A stretch of 64,000 nucleotides of DNA from Planctomycetota bacterium (lineage in GTDB: Bacteria; Planctomycetota; UBA1135; JADKAF01). Positions 9,117 through 18,930 of the stretch are shown in pieces. Position numbers and translations under genes: made by a program. The stretch covers positions 4,704,267 through 4,768,266 of the forward strand of contig JADKAF010000001.1 in assembly GCA_016719295.1 (NCBI GenBank). Reading direction: 5' to 3'. The number at the start of each line of letters is the position of its first letter. Within the stretch, counting starts at the first letter, position 1. The notes beneath the pieces are model-generated. The model worked only from the letters and a program-made list of their open reading frames with translations. It made no database searches and was not told the DNA's origin.

Positions 9117-9995
9117 ATGACCCCCCTCGACCGCCTCTCCCTGCCCTTCACCAAGCTCGAAGGTGCGCGCAACGACTACGTCTTCGTCGACGTGCGCCGC
9201 GCCCCGCTGCCGCTCGACCCCGGCGCGCTCGCGCGGGTGGTCTCGGATCGCCGCGCCGGGATCGGCTCGGATGGGCTGATCCTCGCCGCGCCCTCGACGC
9301 GCGGCGTTTGCCGCATGCAGATGTTCAACGTCGATGGAACGCCGGGCGAGATGTGCGGCAACGGGCTGCGCTGCCTCGCGAAGTGGGCGTACGACTCGGG
9401 CTGGACGAACGGCGCGAAGGAGTTCGTGCTCGAGTCCGCGGTGGGGCTGCACGCCGCGCGCATCTTGCGCGATGAAGGGCGCAGCGCGTGGGTCGAGGTC
9501 GAGCTCGGGGCGCCGTGCTTCGAGCCCGAGCGCATCCCCGTGCGGCCCGATCGCGTCGCCGCCACACCGCAGATCGACGTGCGCTTCGAAGGGCAGGACT
9601 ACACGGGACACGCGGTCTCGTTCGGCAATCCGCACGTGGTGTTCTTCCTCCCGAGCGCGGAGCCGCGCGCGCTGGAGGCGTTTCCGCTCGAGCGCTTCGG
9701 TCCCCTGGTCGAGCACGACCCGCGCTTTCCCGCGCGCGTGAACGTCGAGGTCGCGCAGCTCGACGAGCGCGGAGCGCGCCAACGCACGTGGGAGCGCGGC
9801 AGCGCGGAGACCTGGGCCTGCGGCAGCGGCGCTTGCGCGATCACCGCGGTCGCCGCCCGCCTCGGTCGAACGCGCGGACCGCTGCAGCTCGAGCTCCGAG
9901 GCGGAACGCTCGAGGTCGAGCTCACGGAGCGCGCGCTGCTGCGCGGCCCTGCGACCGAGGTCTTCCGCGGCGAGTGGCGCGTGTGGGCAACCTGA
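9117..9995 (+). CDS. dapF: diaminopimelate epimerase
   Basis: Track ORF 8124..9995 trimmed to ATG 9117 (MTPLDRLSLPFTKLEGARNDYVFVD). DapF motifs GIGSDG, FNVDGTPGEMCGNGLRC and the second catalytic Cys region WACGSGACA. Confidence 0.9.
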   Translation: MTPLDRLSLPFTKLEGARNDYVFVDVRRAPLPLDPGALARVVSDRRAGIGSDGLILAAPSTRGVCRMQMFNVDGTPGEMCGNGLRCLAKWAYDSGWTNGAKEFVLESAVGLHAARILRDEGRSAWVEVELGAPCFEPERIPVRPDRVAATPQIDVRFEGQDYTGHAVSFGNPHVVFFLPSAEPRALEAFPLERFGPLVEHDPRFPARVNVEVAQLDERGARQRTWERGSAETWACGSGACAITAVAARLGRTRGPLQLELRGGTLEVELTERALLRGPATEVFRGEWRVWAT

Positions 9996-11731
9996 TCTGG
10001 GCGCTCGCCGCCGTTCTGCTGATCCATCTCGCCGAGCCCTCGCTGCCGGCGCGCGGCGCGCGCGCCGCCTGGGAGCCGCTCGCGTTCACGGCGCTCGCGG
10101 TCGCCGCGGGATGGATCGTCGTCGCGCGCGTGCGGCTGCGCAGAGCGCAGGTCGTGCTGCCCGCGTTCGGGCTCGCGATGCACGCGCTCTGCCTCTTCGG
10201 CACAGGCTGGCTCGACGCGCTGCGCGATCTCGGCGTGCGCGACTGGCCGTGGCTCGGGATGCTCGTCGCGCTCGGGCCGTTCCTGGCGCTGCACGCGCGC
10301 GCGAACGCGGTGCTCCTGCGCGCCGAAGGGCTCGCGAAGGCGGAGCTCGTCGCCGTCTTGCGCTTGCGGCTCGAGATGGAGCTCTTCCCGCTCGTGCCCT
10401 TCCTCTTCCTCGACGGCTGCATCGCGCTCTCGGCGCTGTGGCCGCCGCTGCGCATCGCCGTCGAGCAGGTCGAGCTCGTGCTGTGGGGCGCGGTCGCGGT
10501 GAGCGTGATCGCCATGCTCTACGCGCTGCCCGCGCTGCTGAAGATCGCCTGGCGTCTCCAGCCGCTGCCCGCGAGCCCGCTGCGCCGATTGCTCGAGCAG
10601 ATCGCCGCGCGCATGGGCTTCGCGTTTGGCGAGCTGTATGTCTGGCCGACCGGGCATCAGATGGCGAACGCCGCGATCGTCGGAGCGGGCCGGCGGCGCA
10701 TCGTGGTGTTCACCGATCTCTTGCTCGAGCGCCTGCACGACGAAGAGGTCGCGGCGGTGTTCGCCCACGAGGCCGCGCACGCGCGGCGCCATCACGTGCG
10801 ACGCTACGCGGCGCTGGGCTTCGGCGCGCTCCTCCTCGCGTGGCTCGCCGCCGACCACCTCGCACAGGACGAGCTCTGGCTCGCGTGGGGGCCGTGGAGC
10901 GCCGCGGAGGAGATCCCCCTCGCGCTGCGCCTCGGCGCCGAAGCGCTCGTCCTGCTCGCGATCGGGACGGCCTGGTGGTTCGGCTTCGGTCGACTCTCGC
11001 GAGCTTGCGAGCGCGAGGCGGATCTGGTGGCGATGCAGGCCGTGGGCTCGGGCGCGCTCTTCCGGAGCGCGCTGCTCGAGGTTTGCCGCAGCATGGGGCA
11101 GCCGCTGGAGCGCGGTGGATGGCGACACGACAGCCCGCTGCATCGCGCGGCGTTCCAGCAGCGCCTCGAGGTCGATCCACCGCTCGCGCGGTCCTTCGCC
11201 CAGCGCCTGCGGGGCATCTCCTTCGCGCTGCAGGGCGCGCTCCTCGTGCTGGTCGCGGCGAAGGTCTGGCTCTACCTGCCGGCGCTGCCCGTGGAGTGGA
11301 TCCGCGTCGAGCTCGGGCTCGGCGCCTACGACCGCGCGCGCTCCCACGCGGCGTGGCTCGGCGATCCGGAAGACCGGCGCGAGGTCGAGGCGCTCGCCGA
11401 GCTCGGCCGCGCGACGCGGGCCCTGGTCCCCTCGCACGACGCCCGCGTGGCGCATCTCCTCGATCGCGCGCGCAGCGAAGCGGAGCGCGGCGCGATCGAC
11501 CTCGCCTGGCGCTGTCTGACCTTGGCGCGGCTCGAAGGCGAGGCCTCTCGCGCCCCCGAGCTGGCTCCCTTGTTGGAGCGCGCGCGATTCCTGCGCGACC
11601 ACGGCTTCCGCTCCGCGTTCTCGCGCTGGGAACGCTGGTGCGCGGACCGAGAGCACCGCGTCTCCGATGCGCTGCGCAGCGGCGTCGAGGCCTATCTCGC
11701 GGGGCCTTCCGGGGCTGGTCCCGGCCTTTGA
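9983..11731 (+). CDS. M48-family (HtpX/BepA-like) membrane metallopeptidase
   Basis: Track ORF 9488..11731 trimmed to GTG 9983, which overlaps the dapF stop. Multi-TM N-terminal half, HExxH in M48 context (VFAHEAAHARRHH), helical C-terminal half. Exact start uncertain. Confidence 0.7.
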   Translation: MGNLIWALAAVLLIHLAEPSLPARGARAAWEPLAFTALAVAAGWIVVARVRLRRAQVVLPAFGLAMHALCLFGTGWLDALRDLGVRDWPWLGMLVALGPFLALHARANAVLLRAEGLAKAELVAVLRLRLEMELFPLVPFLFLDGCIALSALWPPLRIAVEQVELVLWGAVAVSVIAMLYALPALLKIAWRLQPLPASPLRRLLEQIAARMGFAFGELYVWPTGHQMANAAIVGAGRRRIVVFTDLLLERLHDEEVAAVFAHEAAHARRHHVRRYAALGFGALLLAWLAADHLAQDELWLAWGPWSAAEEIPLALRLGAEALVLLAIGTAWWFGFGRLSRACEREADLVAMQAVGSGALFRSALLEVCRSMGQPLERGGWRHDSPLHRAAFQQRLEVDPPLARSFAQRLRGISFALQGALLVLVAAKVWLYLPALPVEWIRVELGLGAYDRARSHAAWLGDPEDRREVEALAELGRATRALVPSHDARVAHLLDRARSEAERGAIDLAWRCLTLARLEGEASRAPELAPLLERARFLRDHGFRSAFSRWERWCADREHRVSDALRSGVEAYLAGPSGAGPGL

Positions 11732-11846
11732 TTTCAGGCCCCGTTTCGAGGATGATGCGCGGCTTTGCGGGACGCGTTGCGAGAAGCCGCGAGCCGCGTC
11801 GAAACACGATCTAGAGGCGGCCAACAGGCCCCTCTCGGAGACCCTG

Positions 11847-14477
11847 ATGGAGTCCTCTCCCGGAGCCCAGATCCCTTCTCTGCAAGTCGAGAAGGAGATG
11901 AAGACCTCGTACATGAATTACGCGATGAGCGTGATTCGTTCGCGAGCGCTTCCCGACCTCCGCGACGGGCTGAAGCCTTCGCAGCGGCGCATCCTCTACG
12001 CGATGCGCGAGCTCGGTCTCGGACCGCGCAGCCGCTATAGGAAGTGCGCCAAGATCTGCGGCGACACCTCTGGCAACTACCACCCGCACGGCGAAGCGGT
12101 CGTGTATCCGACGCTCGTGCGCATGGCGCAGGAGTTCTCGCTGCGCTATCCGCTGGTCGACGGCCAAGGGAACTTCGGCAGCATCGACGGCGACGGCCCC
12201 GCGGCCATGCGCTACACCGAGGCGCGCATGACGGGCGCCGCGGTGGAGATGCTGGAGGACATCAACAAGGACACCGTCGACTTCATCCCGAACTACGACA
12301 ACACGACCCAGGAGCCGGTCGTGTTCCCGTCGAAGTTCCCGAACCTGCTCTGCAACGGCTCGGACGGGATCGCGGTAGGCATGGCGACGAGCCTCCCGCC
12401 GCACAACCTGACCGAGATCTGCGATGCATTGACGGCGCTGCTCGACGATGGCTCGATCGGCATCGACGCGCTCGTGAAGATCGTCCCCGGTCCCGACTTC
12501 CCGACCGGCGGCACGATCCGCGGGCGCAGCGGCGCGCTGCAGGCGGCGTACACGGGCCGCGGCATCGTCTACGTGCGCGCGAAGTACGAGGTCGAGGAGT
12601 CGCGCGACGGACGCGCCACGATCGTCTTCACCGAGATCCCGTATCAGGTGAAGAAGGAGGCGATCAAGGACAAGATCCGCGAGGTCTACAACGAGGGCAA
12701 GCTCCCCGGTCTGCACGACATCAAGGACTACAGCGATCGCAACGGCATCCGCCTCACCGCGCTTCTGAAGAAGAACGAGGACCCGCAGGTCCTCGTGAAC
12801 CAGCTCTTCAAGCACACGCCGCTGCAGAGCAGCTTCTCGATCATCAACCTCGTGATCGACGAGGAAGGCCGCCCGCGCACGCTCAATCTGAAGGAGCTGC
12901 TCGAGGCCTACCGCGACTCGCGCTTCCAGGTGATCCGCCGGCGCACGCGCTTCGAGCTGCGCCAGGCCGAGGACGAGATCCACATCCTGCGCGGCCTGCA
13001 CATCGCCGTGCAGAACATCGACGAGGTCATCGCGATCATCAAGGCCTCGACCGACGAGGCCGACGCGAAGTCGAAGCTGGAGCAGCGCTTCGCGCTCTCC
13101 GAGCGCCAGTCGCAGGCGATCGTCGACATGCGCTTGAAGCGCTTGACCGCGCTGGCCATCGAGAAGCTCGAAGAGGACATCCAGAAGCTCGAGACGCTGA
13201 TCGCCGACCTGAAGGACATCCTCGCCCGCGACGAGCGCGTCTACGCGATGATCCGCGCCGACGTCGCCGAGCTGCGTCAGAAGTACGGCGACGTGCGTCG
13301 CACGCTGATCGACGAGCAGGAAGGCGACCTCATCATCGAGGACCTGATCGCCGACGACATGATGGCGGTCACCTTCAGCGAGCAAGGCTACGTGAAGCGC
13401 ACGCCGCTCAGCACGTATCGCTCGCAGGGCCGCGGCGGACGCGGGATCAGCGGCGCCGAGACCAAGGAGGGCGACGTCATCCAGGACCTCTTCGTCGCGC
13501 TGGCGAAGGACACGCTGCTCTTCTTCAGCGACAAGGGCCGCTGCTACTGGCGCAAGGTCTACGAGCTGCCCGAGCTCGGCCGCACCTCGCGCGGTCGCTC
13601 GATCGCGAACGTGCTCGAGCTCGAGGAGGGCGAGACGATCCGCGTCATCCTCCCGATGCGCGAGTTCGACGAGCGCTCGCTGGTCTTCGTGACGCGGAAG
13701 GGCACGATCAAGAAGACGAAGCTCGAGGCGTACTCGCGTCCGCGCAGCGCGGGCATCCGCGCGATCGAGCTCGACGACGACGATCAGCTCGTCGACGTCG
13801 CGCTCTGCAACGCGGGCCAGGACATCCTGATCGTCACCGCGCAAGGTCAAGCGGCGCGCTTCTCGGAGAGCGAGGTGCGCTCGATGGGCCGCGTCGCACG
13901 CGGTGTCCGCGGCATCGGGCTGCGCGAGGGCGACCACGTCGTCGACCTCGTGATCGCGAGCCCGGGTGCGCTTATCCTCTCGGTGTGCGAGAACGGCTTC
14001 GGCAAGCGCACTCCGATCGAGGAGTACCGCAAGACGAAGCGCGGCTCGAAGGGCGTCATCAACATCCGCACGAGCGAGCGCAACGGCCAGGTCGTGAACG
14101 CGCTCACCGTCTCCGATGGCGACGATGTGATGTTCGTCACCCTGGAGGGCATGATCGTGCGCATCCCCGCCGACTCGATCCCGACCCAGAGCCGCGGCAC
14201 CCAAGGCGTGCGCCTCGTGAACCCCCGCGCCGAAGACCGCGTGGTCTCGGCTCGCAAGGTCGTGCGCGACGACGGCGACGAGCTCGCCGCCGAAGCTGCG
14301 GCGGCCGCGGCGGCGCAGTCGAAGGTCGCGCGTCCGGCACCGGAGGCCGCCGCCGACGCGAGCGACGAGGAAGAGCTCGCGGACGACGAGGAGCTCGAGG
14401 CTGACCTCGATGCGGGCGCCGATGACGACGATGGGGACGATGACGCCGCCGAGGACGACGACGGCGGAGAAGACTGA
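11847..14477 (+). CDS. gyrA: DNA gyrase subunit A
   Basis: ATG 11847. MNYAMSVIRSRALPDLRDGLKPSQRRILYAM, active-site Tyr region AAMRYTEARM, C-terminal beta-pinwheel repeats, and a long Asp/Glu-rich tail. Confidence 0.95.
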   Translation: MESSPGAQIPSLQVEKEMKTSYMNYAMSVIRSRALPDLRDGLKPSQRRILYAMRELGLGPRSRYRKCAKICGDTSGNYHPHGEAVVYPTLVRMAQEFSLRYPLVDGQGNFGSIDGDGPAAMRYTEARMTGAAVEMLEDINKDTVDFIPNYDNTTQEPVVFPSKFPNLLCNGSDGIAVGMATSLPPHNLTEICDALTALLDDGSIGIDALVKIVPGPDFPTGGTIRGRSGALQAAYTGRGIVYVRAKYEVEESRDGRATIVFTEIPYQVKKEAIKDKIREVYNEGKLPGLHDIKDYSDRNGIRLTALLKKNEDPQVLVNQLFKHTPLQSSFSIINLVIDEEGRPRTLNLKELLEAYRDSRFQVIRRRTRFELRQAEDEIHILRGLHIAVQNIDEVIAIIKASTDEADAKSKLEQRFALSERQSQAIVDMRLKRLTALAIEKLEEDIQKLETLIADLKDILARDERVYAMIRADVAELRQKYGDVRRTLIDEQEGDLIIEDLIADDMMAVTFSEQGYVKRTPLSTYRSQGRGGRGISGAETKEGDVIQDLFVALAKDTLLFFSDKGRCYWRKVYELPELGRTSRGRSIANVLELEEGETIRVILPMREFDERSLVFVTRKGTIKKTKLEAYSRPRSAGIRAIELDDDDQLVDVALCNAGQDILIVTAQGQAARFSESEVRSMGRVARGVRGIGLREGDHVVDLVIASPGALILSVCENGFGKRTPIEEYRKTKRGSKGVINIRTSERNGQVVNALTVSDGDDVMFVTLEGMIVRIPADSIPTQSRGTQGVRLVNPRAEDRVVSARKVVRDDGDELAAEAAAAAAAQSKVARPAPEAAADASDEEELADDEELEADLDAGADDDDGDDDAAEDDDGGED

Positions 14478-14485
14478 GCCCGAAA

Positions 14486-14508
14486 GGGCAGGCGGATCTC
14501 GCCTGCCC
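14486..14508 (+). terminator. hairpin downstream of gyrA
   Basis: gggcaggcg / cgcctgccc form a perfect 9-bp stem with a 5-nt loop, 9 nt after the gyrA stop. No clear U-tract. Confidence 0.4.
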
Positions 14509-14610
14509 ACGGGCCACCTTTCGAGCGGCGCACAGCACCCCTGCTCGCCGCGCCGAAAGAGGAGGGGCACCAGCCCTCTGCTCCTCTCACCCGAGTCCTC
14601 CGGCGCGGCC

Positions 14611-16134
14611 ATGATTCGACGCGGCCTCATCCTCACCGGCGGCACGCTGCACACGCTCGATCGCGAGCAGGCGGTGGTCCGCGCGCTGATGGCATTCAAC
14701 GGCGTCGTCGAGTACGCCGGCGACGACCTCGATCTGCAGGCGATGGGGGTGCAGGACCAGCGCTCGGACTGGTTGCGCGTCCTCGATCTCTCGGGTCGCG
14801 CGGCGATCCCGGGGCTCGTGTCGGTAGGGCGCCATCTCCTGCACGAAGCGCGCGAGCTCGGCACCCTCGACCTCTCCCACGTGACGAAGCCGAGCGAGCT
14901 CTTCGACACGCTGCGGACGAGCATCGAAGGCCAGAACCCGGGCGCCTGGATCGTCGCGCGCGGCCTCGCTCCGGAGCTCGCGGCGAGCTTCCCGGGCGTT
15001 CGCGATCACCTCGATCGCCTGGCGCCGAAGAACCCGCTCCTGCTCCACGGCGCCCAGGCCGAGGCCGAAGCCGTCGAAGCCGAGCGCTGGGCCGTCGCGA
15101 ACTCCCTGGCTCTGCGCGCCGTGGTCGACGATCCCGAGCGCGGCCTGCGCGAGGCCGGCGTCGTGCGTCGAGAAGGCGTTCCGAGCGGTCGCATCGAAGG
15201 TCGGGCCCTCGAGCGCTTGCGCGGCGTCCTGCCCGATCCCTCCGAGCGCCGCCGCGAGCCCCTGCTCGAGAACGCCTTGCGCCGCTGCGTCGCCCGCGGC
15301 ATCACCTCGGTCCTCGACGTCGGAGGCTGCGAGACCTTCGCGCTGCTCGCGCGCCTGCACAAGTCCGGCGGTCTGCCGCTGCGCGTCTCGAGCTCGATCC
15401 TGCCCGACGAGCTCGACGCTTGCCGCAAGGCCGGCGTCGTCGCCGGCTTCGGCGACAGCTTCCTGCGCCGCGGCGGGATGCTGCTCGCGTTCGACTCCGA
15501 CGCGTCCTTCGAGCTCCCCGCGAGCGCGCGTGTCGACCATCGCCCGACGCGCCTCGAGCTCGCGCGCCAAGCGGCCAACGCCGGCTTCCCGCTCTGGCTC
15601 TTCGCGCCGCACGCCGACGCGGTAGCCGAAGCGCTCGACCTGCTCGAAGCCGTCGCCGTCCCGCGCCCCGCGCACCTGCTCTTCGGCGTGCGCAGCCTCG
15701 CGGAGCGCGAGCGCGTGCGCCTCGAGCGCAGCGGTGTGCACGTGAGCTTCGCTGCGGTTCCGTGCCATGGCGACGAGCCGGTGCCCGCGACGCTCGCCTC
15801 GCGCGGCGGGCGCGTCGGCCTCAGCGCGCCGCCCGACGATCGCCCGGCGCTCGGGGCCCTCGCAGCGCTGCTCGCGCACAGCCGCGGGCAGGGCGGGGCC
15901 TTCGCCGAAGACTACTTCGAGCTCGGCGAGGCCCTGCGCGCGAACGTCGTCGAGGGCGCGCGCGCGCTCGGCCTCGACGCTCGCCTCGGCACTCTCGGCG
16001 ATGGCCAGAAGGCCGATCTGCTGATCCTCGATCGCGACCCCTTCCTCGGCGGAGCGATGCCGCGCGTCGTCGCGACCTTCGTCGCCGGCGAGGCCCGCTA
16101 CGAGCTCCCCGGCTGGGAGCGGCGCCGTGCCTGA
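14611..16134 (+). CDS. Amidohydro_3 (YtcJ-like) family protein with altered metal motif
   Basis: Trimmed to ATG 14611 (MIRRGLILTGGTLHTLD). Colinear with YtcJ-type amidohydrolases (LDLSGRAAIPGLV.., ..KADLLILDRDPF..). The usual HxH after the PG-x-x-D motif reads SVGRHLL. Confidence 0.7.
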   Translation: MIRRGLILTGGTLHTLDREQAVVRALMAFNGVVEYAGDDLDLQAMGVQDQRSDWLRVLDLSGRAAIPGLVSVGRHLLHEARELGTLDLSHVTKPSELFDTLRTSIEGQNPGAWIVARGLAPELAASFPGVRDHLDRLAPKNPLLLHGAQAEAEAVEAERWAVANSLALRAVVDDPERGLREAGVVRREGVPSGRIEGRALERLRGVLPDPSERRREPLLENALRRCVARGITSVLDVGGCETFALLARLHKSGGLPLRVSSSILPDELDACRKAGVVAGFGDSFLRRGGMLLAFDSDASFELPASARVDHRPTRLELARQAANAGFPLWLFAPHADAVAEALDLLEAVAVPRPAHLLFGVRSLAERERVRLERSGVHVSFAAVPCHGDEPVPATLASRGGRVGLSAPPDDRPALGALAALLAHSRGQGGAFAEDYFELGEALRANVVEGARALGLDARLGTLGDGQKADLLILDRDPFLGGAMPRVVATFVAGEARYELPGWERRRA

Positions 16135-18568
16135 GAACGCAGCCGGACCGAGCGGCGAGAGCTTCGCCAGCGCCCTCGGTCCGCCAGTCGTACGCCGCGG
16201 CGCGCTCTTCGAGCTCGATCTCCGCGAGCTGCCGCTCTTCCATGGCTTGAGCGTGCTCTCGCGCGCGCTGGGCGAGATGATCCTCGCCGCGGTGCACGCG
16301 CAGCGCGACGAGATCGACTTCACGCGCGACCTGCGCGTCGCGGAGAACAAGGAGCTCGCCGCCGAGCTCCACGTGCAGCGCGTGCGGGTGCGCGCCGAGC
16401 GCGAGGTCGGCGAAGAGCTCGCGCGCGATCCCGAGCTGCTGCAGGATCGCCTGCGCGCGCTCTTCGGCACGCTGCAGGTCGAGCGCTATCGCCAGGCACT
16501 GTTCCCCATCGATCCCGCGACGCCGTCGCAGGCACTCGTCTTCGAGCTCGAAGCCGCGCTCGCGCCGCGCTTCGTGCTGGAGCGCCTCGCGCGCGCCGGA
16601 GAGCCGCGCTGCTCCCTGCGCCTCAGCATCGAGAGCGCGCGCGGGCGACGCACCGATCTCGCGTCGCTGCCGCACGTGCGCCTCGAGCTCGGCGCGGAGC
16701 GCGCGTTCATCGCCGGCTCGACGCGCATCTCGCAGACGCTGGCCGAGGCCGTGCGACGCGAAGCCGAGCGCGGGCGCCACTCCGCCACCGAGCGCCGCCA
16801 ACCGGGGAACCACCTCTTCGCTCAGCTCGACAAGGCCGACCTGCTGGGGCTCGAACGCGTCTCTCTCGCGTGGAACGAAGCCGCGGTCCGTTACGCGCTC
16901 GAAGGCGAGCCCGGCGCGCTCGATCGCGACCTGAAGCGCCTCTTGCTCGCGCTCGAGGACCGCGGCATCCGCGCGCTGCTCGCGCGCGGCGAAGTGTTGC
17001 GCCTTCTCACCGGCGAGCTGCCGATCTACGTCGATCAGAGCCAGCTCGGCCGTGTGCTGAACCTCAGCTTGGGCGAGCATCGCACGCGCCGCGACCTCGG
17101 CGACTTCCTGCGCCGTCTGCCGCAGGTGCAGCGCGTGGCCGCGAGCGCCGCTGAGCAGCCGCTCGCGCGCACGAAGATCCTACTCGTCCACCACAACACG
17201 AGCGAAGTCCTCGGCGTCATCGCCGCGCTGCGGAAGCTCGGCTGCCGCGATCTCGTCGTGCTCTTCGTGACCTACGCCGCGCGCACGCCGGACGAGTTCC
17301 TGGAAGCGCTGCTCGAGGTGCCCGCCGAAGAGCTGCGTTGCTTGGCCCTCGTGCACATCCCCGACGAGCAGCGCCTCGAAGGCCACTACCAAGTCTCGGC
17401 GCGCTTCTCGCATCTGCCCGAGCGCGAGCTGCTGAACGAACATCTCCGCGAACGCGGCCTGCGCTTCCTCGACGCGATGCGCTGCGTCGGGGTGCAGCAG
17501 CTCGTCGCGCAGGCCGAGCGCGCGGCCTCGGCGAACGAAGAGCTCCTCGTCATCGAGGACGGCGGCTATCTCGCGCCGCTGCTCCACGAAGCGCTCGCCG
17601 CGAACGCGCGCCTCGCCGATCTGCCTGTGCCGCGCTCGGTCTTGCACACGCCCGAGCTCCCGCTCGCCGAGCTGCTCGGCGAGCGCTGGCTCGGCAGCGT
17701 CGAGCACACGCGGAACGGCCTCGATCGCCTGCGCGAAGTCGAAGCGCGCTTGGGCGCACTCGCGCGACCGGCGCTCACCATCGCCACGTCACGCGTAAAG
17801 ATCGAAGTCGAAGCGGACGAAGTCGCGGCCACCGTTCTGACCGCGACGGAGATGGTGCTGCACTCGATGGGCCGCGTTCTCTCCCGCCGGCGCGCGCTCG
17901 TCATCGGCTCGCGCGGCGCGATCGGCTCGCGTCTCCAGCGGCGCCTCGGGCAGCGCTTGGGACATCCCGACGCCCTTCGCGGCGTGGACCTGGTCGTACC
18001 GCCGAGCCAAGCCGCCGAAGCCCGCAGCGGAGCTTCGCTCGAGGCACGAGCGCTGGGCGAGCTCCCCGCCGATTGGCTGCGTTCCTGTGATCTCGTCGCG
18101 GGCGCGGCCGGCGCCAGCGTCTTCGAGCGCGAAGCCCTCGAGAGCTGGCTCCTCGAAGGTGAACGCGCGGAGCTCCTGCTCGTCAGCGCCTCGACCAAGC
18201 GCGTCGAGTTCGCCGGCGCCTTGCGCTGGATCGACGAGCTGCTGCAGCAACGCGAGCCGCGCGTGCGCGGCCAGCGTGTGCTCTTGAAGGTGCAAGACCT
18301 CCGCGACCCGCTCTCCGAGCGCCTCTACGGCCGCGCCGTGCGCTTCGAGTTCGAGCCCGGCTCGATCCGCGCGCCGCGCGAGCTCTGGCTCGCCGCCGAC
18401 ACGACCCCGGTGAACTTCCTCTTCTACGGAGTCCCCACCGAGGTCATCGACGAGGTCTTGGCCGAGCTGCTGCAGTGCGCGCTGATCCTGCGCCGCCGCG
18501 CGCGCGAGCTGCCACCGCGCGTGCTCGAGCTCGATCGGCAGATCGATGCGTCGGGTGCGTTGATCTAG
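16127..18568 (+). CDS. large hypothetical protein with C-terminal S-adenosylhomocysteine-hydrolase-like NAD-binding fold
   Basis: GTG 16127 overlaps the amidohydrolase stop by 8 nt. The C-terminal ~470 aa are colinear with SAHH motifs (LVIEDGGYLAPLLH ~ ILDDGGDLT; GSVEHTRNGLDRL ~ SEETTTGV; ALVIGSRGAIGSRL ~ VAGYGDVGKG; DLVAGAAG ~ VTTTG). The N-terminal ~340 aa are unassigned. Confidence 0.65.
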   Translation: MPENAAGPSGESFASALGPPVVRRGALFELDLRELPLFHGLSVLSRALGEMILAAVHAQRDEIDFTRDLRVAENKELAAELHVQRVRVRAEREVGEELARDPELLQDRLRALFGTLQVERYRQALFPIDPATPSQALVFELEAALAPRFVLERLARAGEPRCSLRLSIESARGRRTDLASLPHVRLELGAERAFIAGSTRISQTLAEAVRREAERGRHSATERRQPGNHLFAQLDKADLLGLERVSLAWNEAAVRYALEGEPGALDRDLKRLLLALEDRGIRALLARGEVLRLLTGELPIYVDQSQLGRVLNLSLGEHRTRRDLGDFLRRLPQVQRVAASAAEQPLARTKILLVHHNTSEVLGVIAALRKLGCRDLVVLFVTYAARTPDEFLEALLEVPAEELRCLALVHIPDEQRLEGHYQVSARFSHLPERELLNEHLRERGLRFLDAMRCVGVQQLVAQAERAASANEELLVIEDGGYLAPLLHEALAANARLADLPVPRSVLHTPELPLAELLGERWLGSVEHTRNGLDRLREVEARLGALARPALTIATSRVKIEVEADEVAATVLTATEMVLHSMGRVLSRRRALVIGSRGAIGSRLQRRLGQRLGHPDALRGVDLVVPPSQAAEARSGASLEARALGELPADWLRSCDLVAGAAGASVFEREALESWLLEGERAELLLVSASTKRVEFAGALRWIDELLQQREPRVRGQRVLLKVQDLRDPLSERLYGRAVRFEFEPGSIRAPRELWLAADTTPVNFLFYGVPTEVIDEVLAELLQCALILRRRARELPPRVLELDRQIDASGALI

Positions 18569-18930
18569 ACGAGCAGCTAACCCCAGTGCCGCCGTTGCAG
18601 CCCGGCGGGCCAGGTGGATCGTAGGGGCGCAGGCGGCGGGAGCGGGACATCGATGGCATAGGTACGGCGGAGCAGCTCGGCCCATCGCAGACGCTCGTGG
18701 CGACGCGTGGGCGGCTACGCGTTGGAGAGGCCCTGCGATCGTGCGCAGCTCTCGGTCACGCTCGCCGTGGGTTGTGGGGAGCTCCAGCAGCGCGGTGCGC
18801 GTGCTGGTGGGGAAGCGGGGACTGCGCGATCTCGCCAACCGGCGGCGGGAGCGAGGATGGACTTTCGCCATCGCGGCGGACATCTTCCCGGCTCGCATCG
18901 GGTCCCCCTTCACCGTCCAGAGCCCCCACG

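Noticed and set aside
11811-14924. 1037-aa ORF on the minus strand
   Set aside because: It is exactly antisense to gyrA. The translation is Arg/Ala/Leu/Asp-rich with no motifs. This is a typical stop-codon-free shadow frame in high-G+C DNA.
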